From positions 10,017 to 74,016 of the forward strand of contig CANRNR010000005.1 of the NCBI GenBank assembly GCA_947632035.1: 64,000 bases of DNA. The letters are read 5' to 3'. The stretch comes from an uncultured Clostridia bacterium (GTDB lineage Bacteria > Bacillota > Clostridia > TANB77 > CAG-508). Of the stretch, positions 51,679 to 59,969 are shown one piece after another (within the stretch, counting starts at the first letter, position 1; each line of letters opens with the position of its first letter). The position numbers were made by a program, and so were the translations under genes. The notes beneath the pieces are model-generated. The model did not search any database. It was not told the origin of the DNA and was given only the letters and a program-made list of their open reading frames with translations.

Positions 51679-52941
51679 ATGAAGTTTCAAAAAGAAGAAA
51701 ATACAAAAATACGTTATGAAAAAGATGGCATATATATAATGAATTACAGATATCAATCAAAAGATAAAATAACAGATTTAAAAGAAGAAGGAAAAATCTT
51801 TTATGATGCAATTTGTGGAAATGAAATAAACGATATTAGCAAGCTTCAAAAATTTATAGATAAAAAGTTTATAATACCAATTACTGAATATGATAGTCAT
51901 TTCATTGGTAAAACTACGGAGCACACTAGCTTACCAATATATATGACATTAGGAATTACTTCAAATTGCAATTATAATTGCAAACATTGTGGAAATGATT
52001 CAAGTATAAAAAAAGATACAGACTTAAAAAAGAGCGAAATTTATTCAATCATTGATGAAATGATTGATATGCAATTATTAAAATTAAATTTTACGGGAGG
52101 TGAGCCAACAACCAATAACGATTTACTTGATTATATAAGATATGCAAAAGGAAGAATTCCAAGAATAACATTAACAACTAATGGTAGTTTAATAGATAAA
52201 GACAAAGCAGAGGAGCTAAAAAAAGCAGGTCTTAATATGGCAAAGATTTCAATAGATGGTTTATCTAAATTTCATAACAAATTTAGAAACTGTGAATTTG
52301 CATATGAAAAAGCAATAGAAGCAATAAAAAATTTTCAGGAACAAAACATTGAAGTAAGAGTTCAATCTACATTAACTAAAGATAATCAAGATGACTTAAT
52401 AAAATTAATGGAAGTGCTTTCTAATTTAAAAATATCTCATCAAACCATAGTTCCAGTATGCCCTATAGGTAGAGCAGATAAAGATATGATGCTACTTAAA
52501 GAAGATTATAAGAAATTTATTGTGAGAATGTATAAAAAGGTAAAAGAATTAAATGAAAAAGGAACTTTAACACATTTCCAAATAAGACCTATATTTGGAG
52601 CAAAAGAATTATTTGATGATTCTATACAAACATCTTTTGAAACATTAAGTATTAAATATAGCTGTGAAGCCTTAAAAAATACTATGGAAATAAAGCCGAA
52701 TGGTGATGTAGTACCGTGTTCATTTTTAGATATTCCTATAGGAAATGTTAGAGAAAAGTCATTAAAAGAAATATGGACTGATGCTAAAAGCTATGAAATT
52801 AGAAAAATGTTTTCAAAAAATAATGAAAATGAAGAATGTAGAAAATGCAAGAAAAACAATATATGTAATGGTGGATGCATAGCAAACAAATATTATTATT
52901 ATAAAAAATTTGATAAAAAAGATCCTTATTGCTTTATATAA
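51679..52941 (+). CDS. Radical SAM enzyme with N-terminal RRE-like domain and C-terminal SPASM domain (RiPP maturase-like), first of a tandem pair
   Basis: CNYNCKHCGN (Cx3Cx2C), FTGGEPT, SPASM cysteines CSFLD...ECRKCKKNNICNGGCIANKYY, and N-terminal ...EKDGIYIMNYR... (PqqD-like). Confidence 0.75.
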   Translation: MKFQKEENTKIRYEKDGIYIMNYRYQSKDKITDLKEEGKIFYDAICGNEINDISKLQKFIDKKFIIPITEYDSHFIGKTTEHTSLPIYMTLGITSNCNYNCKHCGNDSSIKKDTDLKKSEIYSIIDEMIDMQLLKLNFTGGEPTTNNDLLDYIRYAKGRIPRITLTTNGSLIDKDKAEELKKAGLNMAKISIDGLSKFHNKFRNCEFAYEKAIEAIKNFQEQNIEVRVQSTLTKDNQDDLIKLMEVLSNLKISHQTIVPVCPIGRADKDMMLLKEDYKKFIVRMYKKVKELNEKGTLTHFQIRPIFGAKELFDDSIQTSFETLSIKYSCEALKNTMEIKPNGDVVPCSFLDIPIGNVREKSLKEIWTDAKSYEIRKMFSKNNENEECRKCKKNNICNGGCIANKYYYYKKFDKKDPYCFI

Positions 52942-52955
52942 GGTAGGAGGTAATA

Positions 52956-54245
52956 ATGTATAAAGAGTTGAGAAATATAGAAAAAAGGGAAGATGGTATA
53001 TATCTATTAAATAAATTAGGTCATGTAGCTAAAATACCTTTAGAATTAGAAGAGAATCTAAATAAATATGCAGTACTAAAAACAATTTCTGATGATACAC
53101 CTGAATTTATCTTAGAGCTTGCAGACATAGGACTATTGGAATATGAAAATTATACACCTAATGAAGACAAATTGTATTTTGATGATAGTATATTAAAAAG
53201 CAAAGATGATAAGCCAGTATATAAAGGTCCTATAATTGCTCATTTAGCAATAACTAATATGTGCAATATGAACTGTGATTATTGTTCAGTAAGGAATATG
53301 CACGGAAAAATAAAAACTGGTCTTTCAACAGAAGAATATAAAAAAATAATTGATAAACTTGTAGATATTGGAACATTTCAAATAGGCTTAACAGGAGGAG
53401 AGCCAACAACTAGAAAAGATTTAGTTGAATTAGTGAAATATGTAGCTAGCAAAAATGTTGCCTGTAACTTAACAACAAATGGATATGTTGTACCAGAAAA
53501 ATTAATAATTGAATTAAAAAATGCTGGTTTAACACAAGTTCAAATTTCATTAGATTCATATAAAAAAGAAGTTCACGAGAAATATAGAACAAAAGGTAGT
53601 TTCGATAGAGCAATAGAAACAGCAAAATTGTTTAAAAAACATGGATTCATTGTAGGAGTAGATACCGTTGTAACAAATAATAACATAGATGATATAGAAG
53701 ATTTTATGATATTTTTGGAAAAAAATAATTTTGATGGGCTAACTATAATAAAACTAAAACAGGGATATCTTGATTTAGAAACATTTAAAAAGGAAGTGCC
53801 TGAATATAATAAATATGCAGAATTAATAGATAAAATATGTAGATGGAAAGGAAAACTAGAAGTAACTATTGATTGCTCATCAGTAAATAATTTATGCAAA
53901 ACTTTAACTGAAAAGGAACAAAGCAAAATACATTCTGCTGGTTGTCCTGCTGGGCATACTCTTATTTCAATAGCACCAAATGGAGATATATATCCATGTG
54001 CAGCTTTAACAAATGAAAATTACAAAATTGGCAATATGCTAACAGATAATATAAAAGAATTATGGCAAACTAATAAAACTTTAAGAAAGTTAAGAGGAAT
54101 AAAAAATCACATTGAAGGAAAGTGTAAAAATTGTAAAAAAATTGATGTATGCAGAGGCGGATGTAGGGGAATAGCAGACAGTTTAAATGGAAAGCAATAT
54201 AGTAGTGATATAAATTGCAAATATACATATAAGGAGGTGATATAA
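52956..54245 (+). CDS. Radical SAM enzyme with N-terminal RRE-like domain and C-terminal SPASM domain, second of the tandem pair
   Basis: CNMNCDYCSV (Cx3Cx2C), LTGGEPT, SPASM CAALTNEN...KCKNCKKIDVCRGGCRGIA, and N-terminal REDGIYLLNKLGHVAKIP. Confidence 0.75.
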   Translation: MYKELRNIEKREDGIYLLNKLGHVAKIPLELEENLNKYAVLKTISDDTPEFILELADIGLLEYENYTPNEDKLYFDDSILKSKDDKPVYKGPIIAHLAITNMCNMNCDYCSVRNMHGKIKTGLSTEEYKKIIDKLVDIGTFQIGLTGGEPTTRKDLVELVKYVASKNVACNLTTNGYVVPEKLIIELKNAGLTQVQISLDSYKKEVHEKYRTKGSFDRAIETAKLFKKHGFIVGVDTVVTNNNIDDIEDFMIFLEKNNFDGLTIIKLKQGYLDLETFKKEVPEYNKYAELIDKICRWKGKLEVTIDCSSVNNLCKTLTEKEQSKIHSAGCPAGHTLISIAPNGDIYPCAALTNENYKIGNMLTDNIKELWQTNKTLRKLRGIKNHIEGKCKNCKKIDVCRGGCRGIADSLNGKQYSSDINCKYTYKEVI

Positions 54246-54247
54246 CA

Positions 54248-54322
54248 ATGGTTAAACTAATAATATCATCTATGGCTTGTGGCCATTACTGCTATTATAG
54301 CAGATTACCAAAAAGAAGCTAA
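54248..54322 (+). CDS. Candidate 24-aa Cys-containing peptide (MVKLIISSMACGHYCYYSRLPKRS), a possible RiPP precursor, immediately after the rSAM pair
   Basis: ATG at 54248 is preceded at 9 nt by a perfect SD AAGGAGGTGA (54230-54239), embedded in the 3' end of the upstream gene. A terminator hairpin follows about 45 nt downstream at 54371-54398. Confidence 0.3.
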   Translation: MVKLIISSMACGHYCYYSRLPKRS

Positions 54323-54370
54323 AATTTATATTAAACGCAGTATCAATAGTGAAAATTAAATTTGCTTTAC

Positions 54371-54398
54371 GGAAAAGTGCATTTTTTGCACTTTTTCC
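54371..54398 (+). terminator. Terminator hairpin closing the rSAM-rSAM-peptide unit (GGAAAAGTGCATTTTTTGCACTTTTTCC)
   Basis: Perfect 11-bp stem with a T-rich loop. Confidence 0.55.
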
Positions 54399-54481
54399 AT
54401 AAGGCAAAAAATTAATAGGAGGAAAATAAAGTAAAAATAATATATATTAATAATCATTTCAATAAAAAAATATCTAAAATA

Positions 54482-55075
54482 ATGAATGAGTTTGTATTAG
54501 GCATAAAAAATATATATGGAGATAAATACATAAACAGAATCATAAAAAGGTTAAATGAATTAGAAGAAATTAAATATGAGTATAATGATAGCAAATATAT
54601 AGCATCCAGCAAGAAAAATTATATTGTATTTTTTAAAAATATAAAAGATGAAAAGAATTTTAAGTATGTTTTAGAACATGAGTTATTCCATTTTATACAA
54701 AAAGAAAATAGTGAGTTTGAAAATATTCCTGAAAAATACAAAGATATTTTAAGCAAGGATATAAAGATAGAGCTACTAGAAGAGGTATTTGTGCAGTATT
54801 TTACAGCTAAGATAAATAATAAAAAACCTGAATATGAAACTAAGATTAAAGATGGTAAATTAGTAAAATATTGGCTAAATGAATGCTATAAAGATATCGT
54901 ATGGATTGGTGAAGAATTAGAGCAAAGAATAGGCGAAATAAGAATGTTTGAAATGTATATGGATGATGATATATATAAAAGAGAAATAAATAACTTTGAT
55001 AAAAAATATGGAGAAAACGAATTTGCTAAATATATAGAAAAAATAGAAAACATTTATAAAATAAAGAAACCCTAG
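54482..55075 (+). CDS. Hypothetical protein with an HExxH motif (LEHELFHFIQ), a possible zinc metallopeptidase
   Basis: 197-aa ORF. A single HExxH with a downstream Glu (ENSEFE). No family assignment possible by eye. Confidence 0.4.
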   Translation: MNEFVLGIKNIYGDKYINRIIKRLNELEEIKYEYNDSKYIASSKKNYIVFFKNIKDEKNFKYVLEHELFHFIQKENSEFENIPEKYKDILSKDIKIELLEEVFVQYFTAKINNKKPEYETKIKDGKLVKYWLNECYKDIVWIGEELEQRIGEIRMFEMYMDDDIYKREINNFDKKYGENEFAKYIEKIENIYKIKKP

Positions 55076-55120
55076 AAGTGAAGAACACTCCTAGGGATTT
55101 TTGTTAGCAGATTAGGAAAA

Positions 55121-56227
55121 TTACAGGGTGCGAAGCTTAGCAAGAGAATGATTTCGATAAGCATTTTCAGAAGTAACTTCTCGAATTACAGAAATGCAAG
55201 GCGGAATATTTACTCCTGAAGATTCTTCTGTAAGCTCAATCTCAAGGATGGCTCGATTTTCAGAGAAATCGTAAAAGTCCATTTCAAAGTACTGCCCCTT
55301 GTAAGCAAAGCAATAACGCTTCTTTACAACAGGAGAAACTGAAGTATCGATTTGCGTTAGATACTGAATGTACTCTTTCTCTGTAATCTTTTTCTCTATT
55401 TCTACACGTTTAAGGTTACTAACTTTGCGCTTTTCGGTGTAGTAATAGGAAAAGCTTCCATTTTGACCGCGTTGACGAACACGTCGTTCAGTACTGTCAT
55501 CATCAGGAATAAGATAAGTTTGAACGATATCCACCTGCGTAAAATTGACATAGTGCTGAAGCTCCTCAAAGGAAGGCTTATTGATTAGGTATTTGCGCTC
55601 GATTTCCAACGGAATAGGCTCGCCAAGAACGGAATAGATTTCCTTCATAAGCTTAAATATTTTACCGTCGAAATTGGTAGAATTGTCGATTACACGAAAG
55701 TGTGCATGACCGGTCCAATTCTTAATTCCGAGCTCATCGAGATGCCTTGCTTCTTCTAATGTTTCTGTGCGGGCCTTATTGTTTTCCAAGGTATAAAATT
55801 CCTCGGCGCCATTAGCAGCAGTTACAAGATGAAAAACCGCATCATAATGATCTCTTGCCTCAACCTCTGTGAGATTAAAATATTGAAGAATTTGATTAAA
55901 TTCTTCGGCTGAAACGTAACTCTTGTTGTCCATTATCCCACGATCGTGCAACAGAACAATTTTATCCGAAGGAATTAGTTTTTCAGCAACCTCTTTGTAT
56001 AAGTCTTCTTTGTATAGTTGCTTTTTAAAAACAACATACTGAAAGTCAAGCAAATTGAGAGAATTGCCGAAAGGACGAATACCGGTAGAAATAAGCTCTG
56101 TTGCAGTTTCTGGAATAATTAAAACATAATAACCCCGACTGCTTAGTTCTTGCTCAATGATAGACAAAGCAGTTGTCTTACCAGAACAAGGACCTCCTGT
56201 AATAACAAGTGACCAAATCTGTTTCAC
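55121..56227 (-). CDS. Fusion protein: N-terminal P-loop NTPase/kinase (NadR/AAA_28-like) and C-terminal CYTH (triphosphate tunnel metalloenzyme) domain, in a GC-elevated segment
   Basis: Walker A GGPCSGKTT, Walker B-like VLLHDRG, and the CYTH signature EIERKYLI (ExExK) followed by RVRQRG...YYYTEKRK...EIEL. Confidence 0.6.
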   Translation of the reverse strand: MKQIWSLVITGGPCSGKTTALSIIEQELSSRGYYVLIIPETATELISTGIRPFGNSLNLLDFQYVVFKKQLYKEDLYKEVAEKLIPSDKIVLLHDRGIMDNKSYVSAEEFNQILQYFNLTEVEARDHYDAVFHLVTAANGAEEFYTLENNKARTETLEEARHLDELGIKNWTGHAHFRVIDNSTNFDGKIFKLMKEIYSVLGEPIPLEIERKYLINKPSFEELQHYVNFTQVDIVQTYLIPDDDSTERRVRQRGQNGSFSYYYTEKRKVSNLKRVEIEKKITEKEYIQYLTQIDTSVSPVVKKRYCFAYKGQYFEMDFYDFSENRAILEIELTEESSGVNIPPCISVIREVTSENAYRNHSLAKLRTL

Positions 56228-56442
56228 TTATTACACCTCCTAAAATTTTATAAAGGTATGCCAAATAGATGACATAAAAATTATATAACCAATTATGTAA
56301 ATTGTCAAATAAAAATAGCTTATTTTCAAAATTATATGAAGATAGCTTATATTTAAAAATTATTAACAGTAAGAAAAAATTGTTGGCATATAGGACATTC
56401 CAAGCATAATATACTTAAATAAAGAAAATAAAGGAGTATATT

Positions 56443-57201
56443 ATGAAAGTAATTACTATGAAAAGAAAAAAATTTTTAAAAGCTACGGCTATAATATCAT
56501 TTATATTAGTAATGGCAATGTTTACAACTTCTTTTGGTATGCAACATTATTATAATGTTGACTTTTCAACAGGATTAGTAACTGCAAGTACTCTTAATGT
56601 AAGAAATGGTCCGGGAATACAATATAAAGTCATTGCAACTGTAAATAAAAACGAATATATTAGAGTTTTTGCAGGAGTGGGTGATTGGTATATTGTACAA
56701 ATAGAAGGAGATTATGTTGGAGCAGTAAATAAAAAATATGTAAAACCAATTTATCCAAGCTCATCAAATGGTGGAAATACGAATAGCAATACAGGAAACA
56801 CACAAACATCATCTACTATGAATTCAGATGAAAAAGAAGTGTTTAATTTAATTAATCAGCAAAGAATTAATAATGGCTTAACAGCATTAAAAGTAGATGA
56901 AGAAGTACAAAGAGTAGCAAGAATAAAAGCCCAAGATATGGTAGATAATAGTTACTTTTCTCATACATCACCAATATATGGCTCTCCATTTGATATGTTA
57001 AAGAGCTTTAAAATATCATATAAAACTGCTGGAGAAAATATAGCTGGAAATTCAAGTAATAGTGGTGCTGTTAATGCTTGGATGAATTCATCAGGACATA
57101 AAGCAAATATTTTAAATTCTAGTTATAATTATACTGGAATTGGAGTAGTTAGTAGCCCTAAGTATGGTAAAATTTTTGTGCAGATGTTTATTGGAAAATA
57201 A
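56443..57201 (+). CDS. Secreted protein with an SH3b-like domain and a CAP/SCP (YkwD-like) domain
   Basis: Signal peptide, SH3_3-like LNVRNGPGIQYKVIATVNKNEYIRVFAGVGDWYIVQ, and CAP motifs GENIA...NAWMNSSGHKANIL...YTGIGVV. Confidence 0.65.
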   Translation: MKVITMKRKKFLKATAIISFILVMAMFTTSFGMQHYYNVDFSTGLVTASTLNVRNGPGIQYKVIATVNKNEYIRVFAGVGDWYIVQIEGDYVGAVNKKYVKPIYPSSSNGGNTNSNTGNTQTSSTMNSDEKEVFNLINQQRINNGLTALKVDEEVQRVARIKAQDMVDNSYFSHTSPIYGSPFDMLKSFKISYKTAGENIAGNSSNSGAVNAWMNSSGHKANILNSSYNYTGIGVVSSPKYGKIFVQMFIGK

Positions 57202-57278
57202 TTAAATATGTAAATAATTTGACTTATTATTTAAATTATGCTATTATTTAACTATAAAATTAAAGAAAGAGGAACAAA

Positions 57279-57470
57279 ATGGAATTTAATATATTTTTAA
57301 ATCAATTACATCATCATCGTAGGAGCTTGTAACTATCGCATTTTTGATTGCGTAGGTACAGGCTAAAAATCTTGTGCCTACGATAGTTTAAAAATATATA
57401 ATTATAGATATATTAAAAATACTATTTGTAGGAAAAACTATAAATAGTATTTTTGGTATATCTATTTTTG
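57279..57470 (+). promoter_or_regulatory. Candidate attenuation leader: a 17-codon ORF (MEFNIFLNQLHHHRRSL; three consecutive His codons followed by two Arg codons) overlapping mutually exclusive hairpins, then an intrinsic terminator at 57430-57470
   Basis: SD AGAGGA 7 nt before the ATG at 57279. The segment ATCGTAGG (within the His/Arg codons) can pair with CCTACGAT at 57393-57400, and that in turn resembles the 5' arm of the terminator AAATACTATTTGTAGG...CTATAAATAGTATTTTT. Confidence 0.3.
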
Positions 57471-57499
57471 TTTGCTTAAAAGAAAGGAGGTGACTAAAT

Positions 57500-58312
57500 A
57501 TGAATAATTATAAATATGACTTATGTTCTATTGAAAAACTTGAGTATAAGATATTAAATCCTGGCGGTAATAAAACAGCAATAATTAATGGAAATGAATA
57601 TACAAATAATCAAAAGAAATTAATTAATAAAATGATAATGGATAAGTACCCACAAGTAGAGCAAGTTGGATTTTTAAGTAATAAAGAAAATTGTTTAGAA
57701 ATGGCTGGTGGAGAATTTTGCATAAATGCGACAAGATGTGCAGTCTTTGAATACTTAAAAGGAAGAGTAGGAAAAATAGAATTGTCAGTATCAGGAACAG
57801 ATAAAAAAATAATAGGAAAAGTATTAGAAGATAAAATGGTAGAGGTTGAATTAAATATTGATAAGAAAATATCAGATTTAGTTGAACTAAAAAAAGATTT
57901 TACTTGTATAAAAATAGATGGAATACTAATAGCTGTTTTAGATGAAGAAAAATCACAAAAATATATTCAAAAATTAAGAGAAAATGAAGAAGCTACAAAA
58001 GTTGAATTAAAGCAATTAATGATAGATGAGATTAATTCAGATGAAAAAGCAATAGGAATAATGTTATTAGAAAGAGTTTCAAAGAATATAAAAATAAATC
58101 CAATTGTATGGGTAAAGGAAATAAACACTATTTTTTATGAGACTGCATGTGGTAGTGGAAGTATAGGAACAGCAATATTTAATTATTTAAAGAATAATGA
58201 AAAAGAAATTGAAATAGTTCAGCCATCTGGATATAGTATTTATGTTAGATTGGAAACAGAAAATGAGTATATAAAAAATGCTATACTTAGAGGTATTGTT
58301 AAGGAGGAATAA
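57500..58312 (+). CDS. DapF/PhzF-fold epimerase/racemase-like protein (possibly diaminopimelate epimerase)
   Basis: Two-Cys pattern EMAGGEFCINATRC and ETACGSGSIG parallels DapF CGNGARC / ACGSGACA. LNPGGNKTAII parallels MHGLGNDF. Confidence 0.5.
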   Translation: MNNYKYDLCSIEKLEYKILNPGGNKTAIINGNEYTNNQKKLINKMIMDKYPQVEQVGFLSNKENCLEMAGGEFCINATRCAVFEYLKGRVGKIELSVSGTDKKIIGKVLEDKMVEVELNIDKKISDLVELKKDFTCIKIDGILIAVLDEEKSQKYIQKLRENEEATKVELKQLMIDEINSDEKAIGIMLLERVSKNIKINPIVWVKEINTIFYETACGSGSIGTAIFNYLKNNEKEIEIVQPSGYSIYVRLETENEYIKNAILRGIVKEE

Positions 58313-58313
58313 G

Positions 58314-59345
58314 ATGGAAGCAACAGATATATTGAGAAATTTAATTAAGTTTGATACATATGAAGATAAAGAAAATGAGCAAATAATAAATTATATACAA
58401 AAGCTTTTACAACAAAAAGGATTTAAAGTCAATTATAAGAGTAAATGCTTAGTTATGAGCATAAAAGATGATTGCAAAATAGGCTTTCTAGGCCATACTG
58501 ATACTGTACAAAGTGGATGCGACTGGAAATATAATCCTTTAGAATTAACTCAAGTTGGTAATAAATTATATGGTTTGGGTACTTGTGATATGAAGGGTGG
58601 TATTGCTGGCATTCTAAAGGCCGTATTAGATATTGATTGGAAGAATTTGAATTATGGTATTAAATTATTTTTTACTTATGATGAAGAAATAGGTTTTGGA
58701 GGAATAAAAGAAATTAATAATTTAAATATTAAAATTCCTAATACTATGATTATAGTAGAGCCAACTAATAACGAAATAATGGCTGGAAGTAAAGGATTGT
58801 TAGAATTCAAAATAGAATTTAAAGGAAAATCAGCACACTCTAGTAATCCTCAAAAAGGTATAAATGCAATAGAAGCTTGTATGAGTTTTATATGTGAGTT
58901 AAAAGAATTTTATAATAAGTTGAAACTGGAAACTGATGATAGGTTTGAAATTCCATATACAACAATGAATATAGGAAAAATAGATGGTGGCAAAAGCATA
59001 AATATTGTTCCCAATAGTTGTATTGTATATATTGATTTTAGAGTTATAAATAATAAACATCAAAGTACTATTATTAAAGAAGTTAGTAAATTAAAAGATA
59101 AATATAATTTTGAGTATAGTATAATAAATAATATTGAACCTTTTATAACTGAAAGCAAGAATTGCAAAACAACCAATTTTATAACAGAAGCTAGCTTTAT
59201 AAAATCTGAAAATAGATATATACTTGGTACAGGACCAATAAATCCACATGAAGCAAATGAATATATTACAATAGAAAGTTTGAATAAATTAGTTGAACAA
59301 TATAAGCAAATGATAATGCTAATGGATGAGAAATATGAAAAATAA
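58314..59345 (+). CDS. M20 family metallopeptidase/deacylase (ArgE/DapE-like)
   Basis: GHTDTVQSG and GTCDMKGG metal-ligand motifs, and EPT...GSKG. SD AAGGAGG precedes the ATG at 58314. Confidence 0.65.
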   Translation: MEATDILRNLIKFDTYEDKENEQIINYIQKLLQQKGFKVNYKSKCLVMSIKDDCKIGFLGHTDTVQSGCDWKYNPLELTQVGNKLYGLGTCDMKGGIAGILKAVLDIDWKNLNYGIKLFFTYDEEIGFGGIKEINNLNIKIPNTMIIVEPTNNEIMAGSKGLLEFKIEFKGKSAHSSNPQKGINAIEACMSFICELKEFYNKLKLETDDRFEIPYTTMNIGKIDGGKSINIVPNSCIVYIDFRVINNKHQSTIIKEVSKLKDKYNFEYSIINNIEPFITESKNCKTTNFITEASFIKSENRYILGTGPINPHEANEYITIESLNKLVEQYKQMIMLMDEKYEK

Positions 59346-59454
59346 AAACAGTAACAATACTATGAAAATACATATATATTTTACTTGAACTTGAAAAAAG
59401 CATAAAACTATGATAAAATAATACTATGAGCTTTTTTAAATGCTCTCGGATCAA

Positions 59455-59505
59455 TTTCGAGGGCAAACTAGCAAAAAAGTTTCCCTCGAAAAATTTATTT
59501 TTAAA
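59455..59505 (+). terminator. Rho-independent terminator (TTTCGAGGGCAAACTAGCAAAAAAGTTTCCCTCGAAA plus T-run)
   Basis: 8-bp GC-containing stem followed by AATTTATTTTT. Confidence 0.6.
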
Positions 59506-59524
59506 ATTTTAGGAGGAAACAAAA

Positions 59525-59845
59525 ATGGAAGGAACTTTATTATCAAGGTCTGTGGAAGTAATCAGAAAGTTAAGGGAACTTAATGTTTTAGGGCGGGATG
59601 AAATAGTAAATTATTCCAGCCATAATAGAGAAAACTCTACTAAGCGCATTACCAATCTGACAATCATGTTTAGAGAAGGAAGAAAATCTAACCATTCCGA
59701 CATTAAAACTACTATCCAAGCGCTTGTAGATGAGTTCGGTGAGGATGTTGTTATCAAAATGCTCTATAACGACAGAGCAGTCAAAGAAATATCTGATGAT
59801 TGCTATGTGGATACATTGGTTTGCCTGATAAAGACAGATGAATAG
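59525..59845 (+). CDS. Hypothetical protein in a mildly GC-elevated segment, bracketed by terminators
   Basis: 106-aa ORF with SD AGGAGG. Terminator at 59853-59890. Confidence 0.4.
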   Translation: MEGTLLSRSVEVIRKLRELNVLGRDEIVNYSSHNRENSTKRITNLTIMFREGRKSNHSDIKTTIQALVDEFGEDVVIKMLYNDRAVKEISDDCYVDTLVCLIKTDE

Positions 59846-59969
59846 TTCCAATAAATGAACAGCTTTAACAAGTTGTTCATTTATTTTTTATAAAAGTATT
59901 GCTAAGTGCTAGTATTATTTGATATATTAAATGCAAATAGTAGGAAGTTATATAAAGGAGCGTGACAAA

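Noticed and set aside
57290-57385. The hairpin block at 57290-57385 as another copy of the dispersed palindromic repeat family
   Set aside because: It lacks the family cores (CTTGCTGTCG, GCTCC..AAACTGCGCG) and the AACATAATATT termini. Its pairing partners fit a local leader and attenuator structure better.
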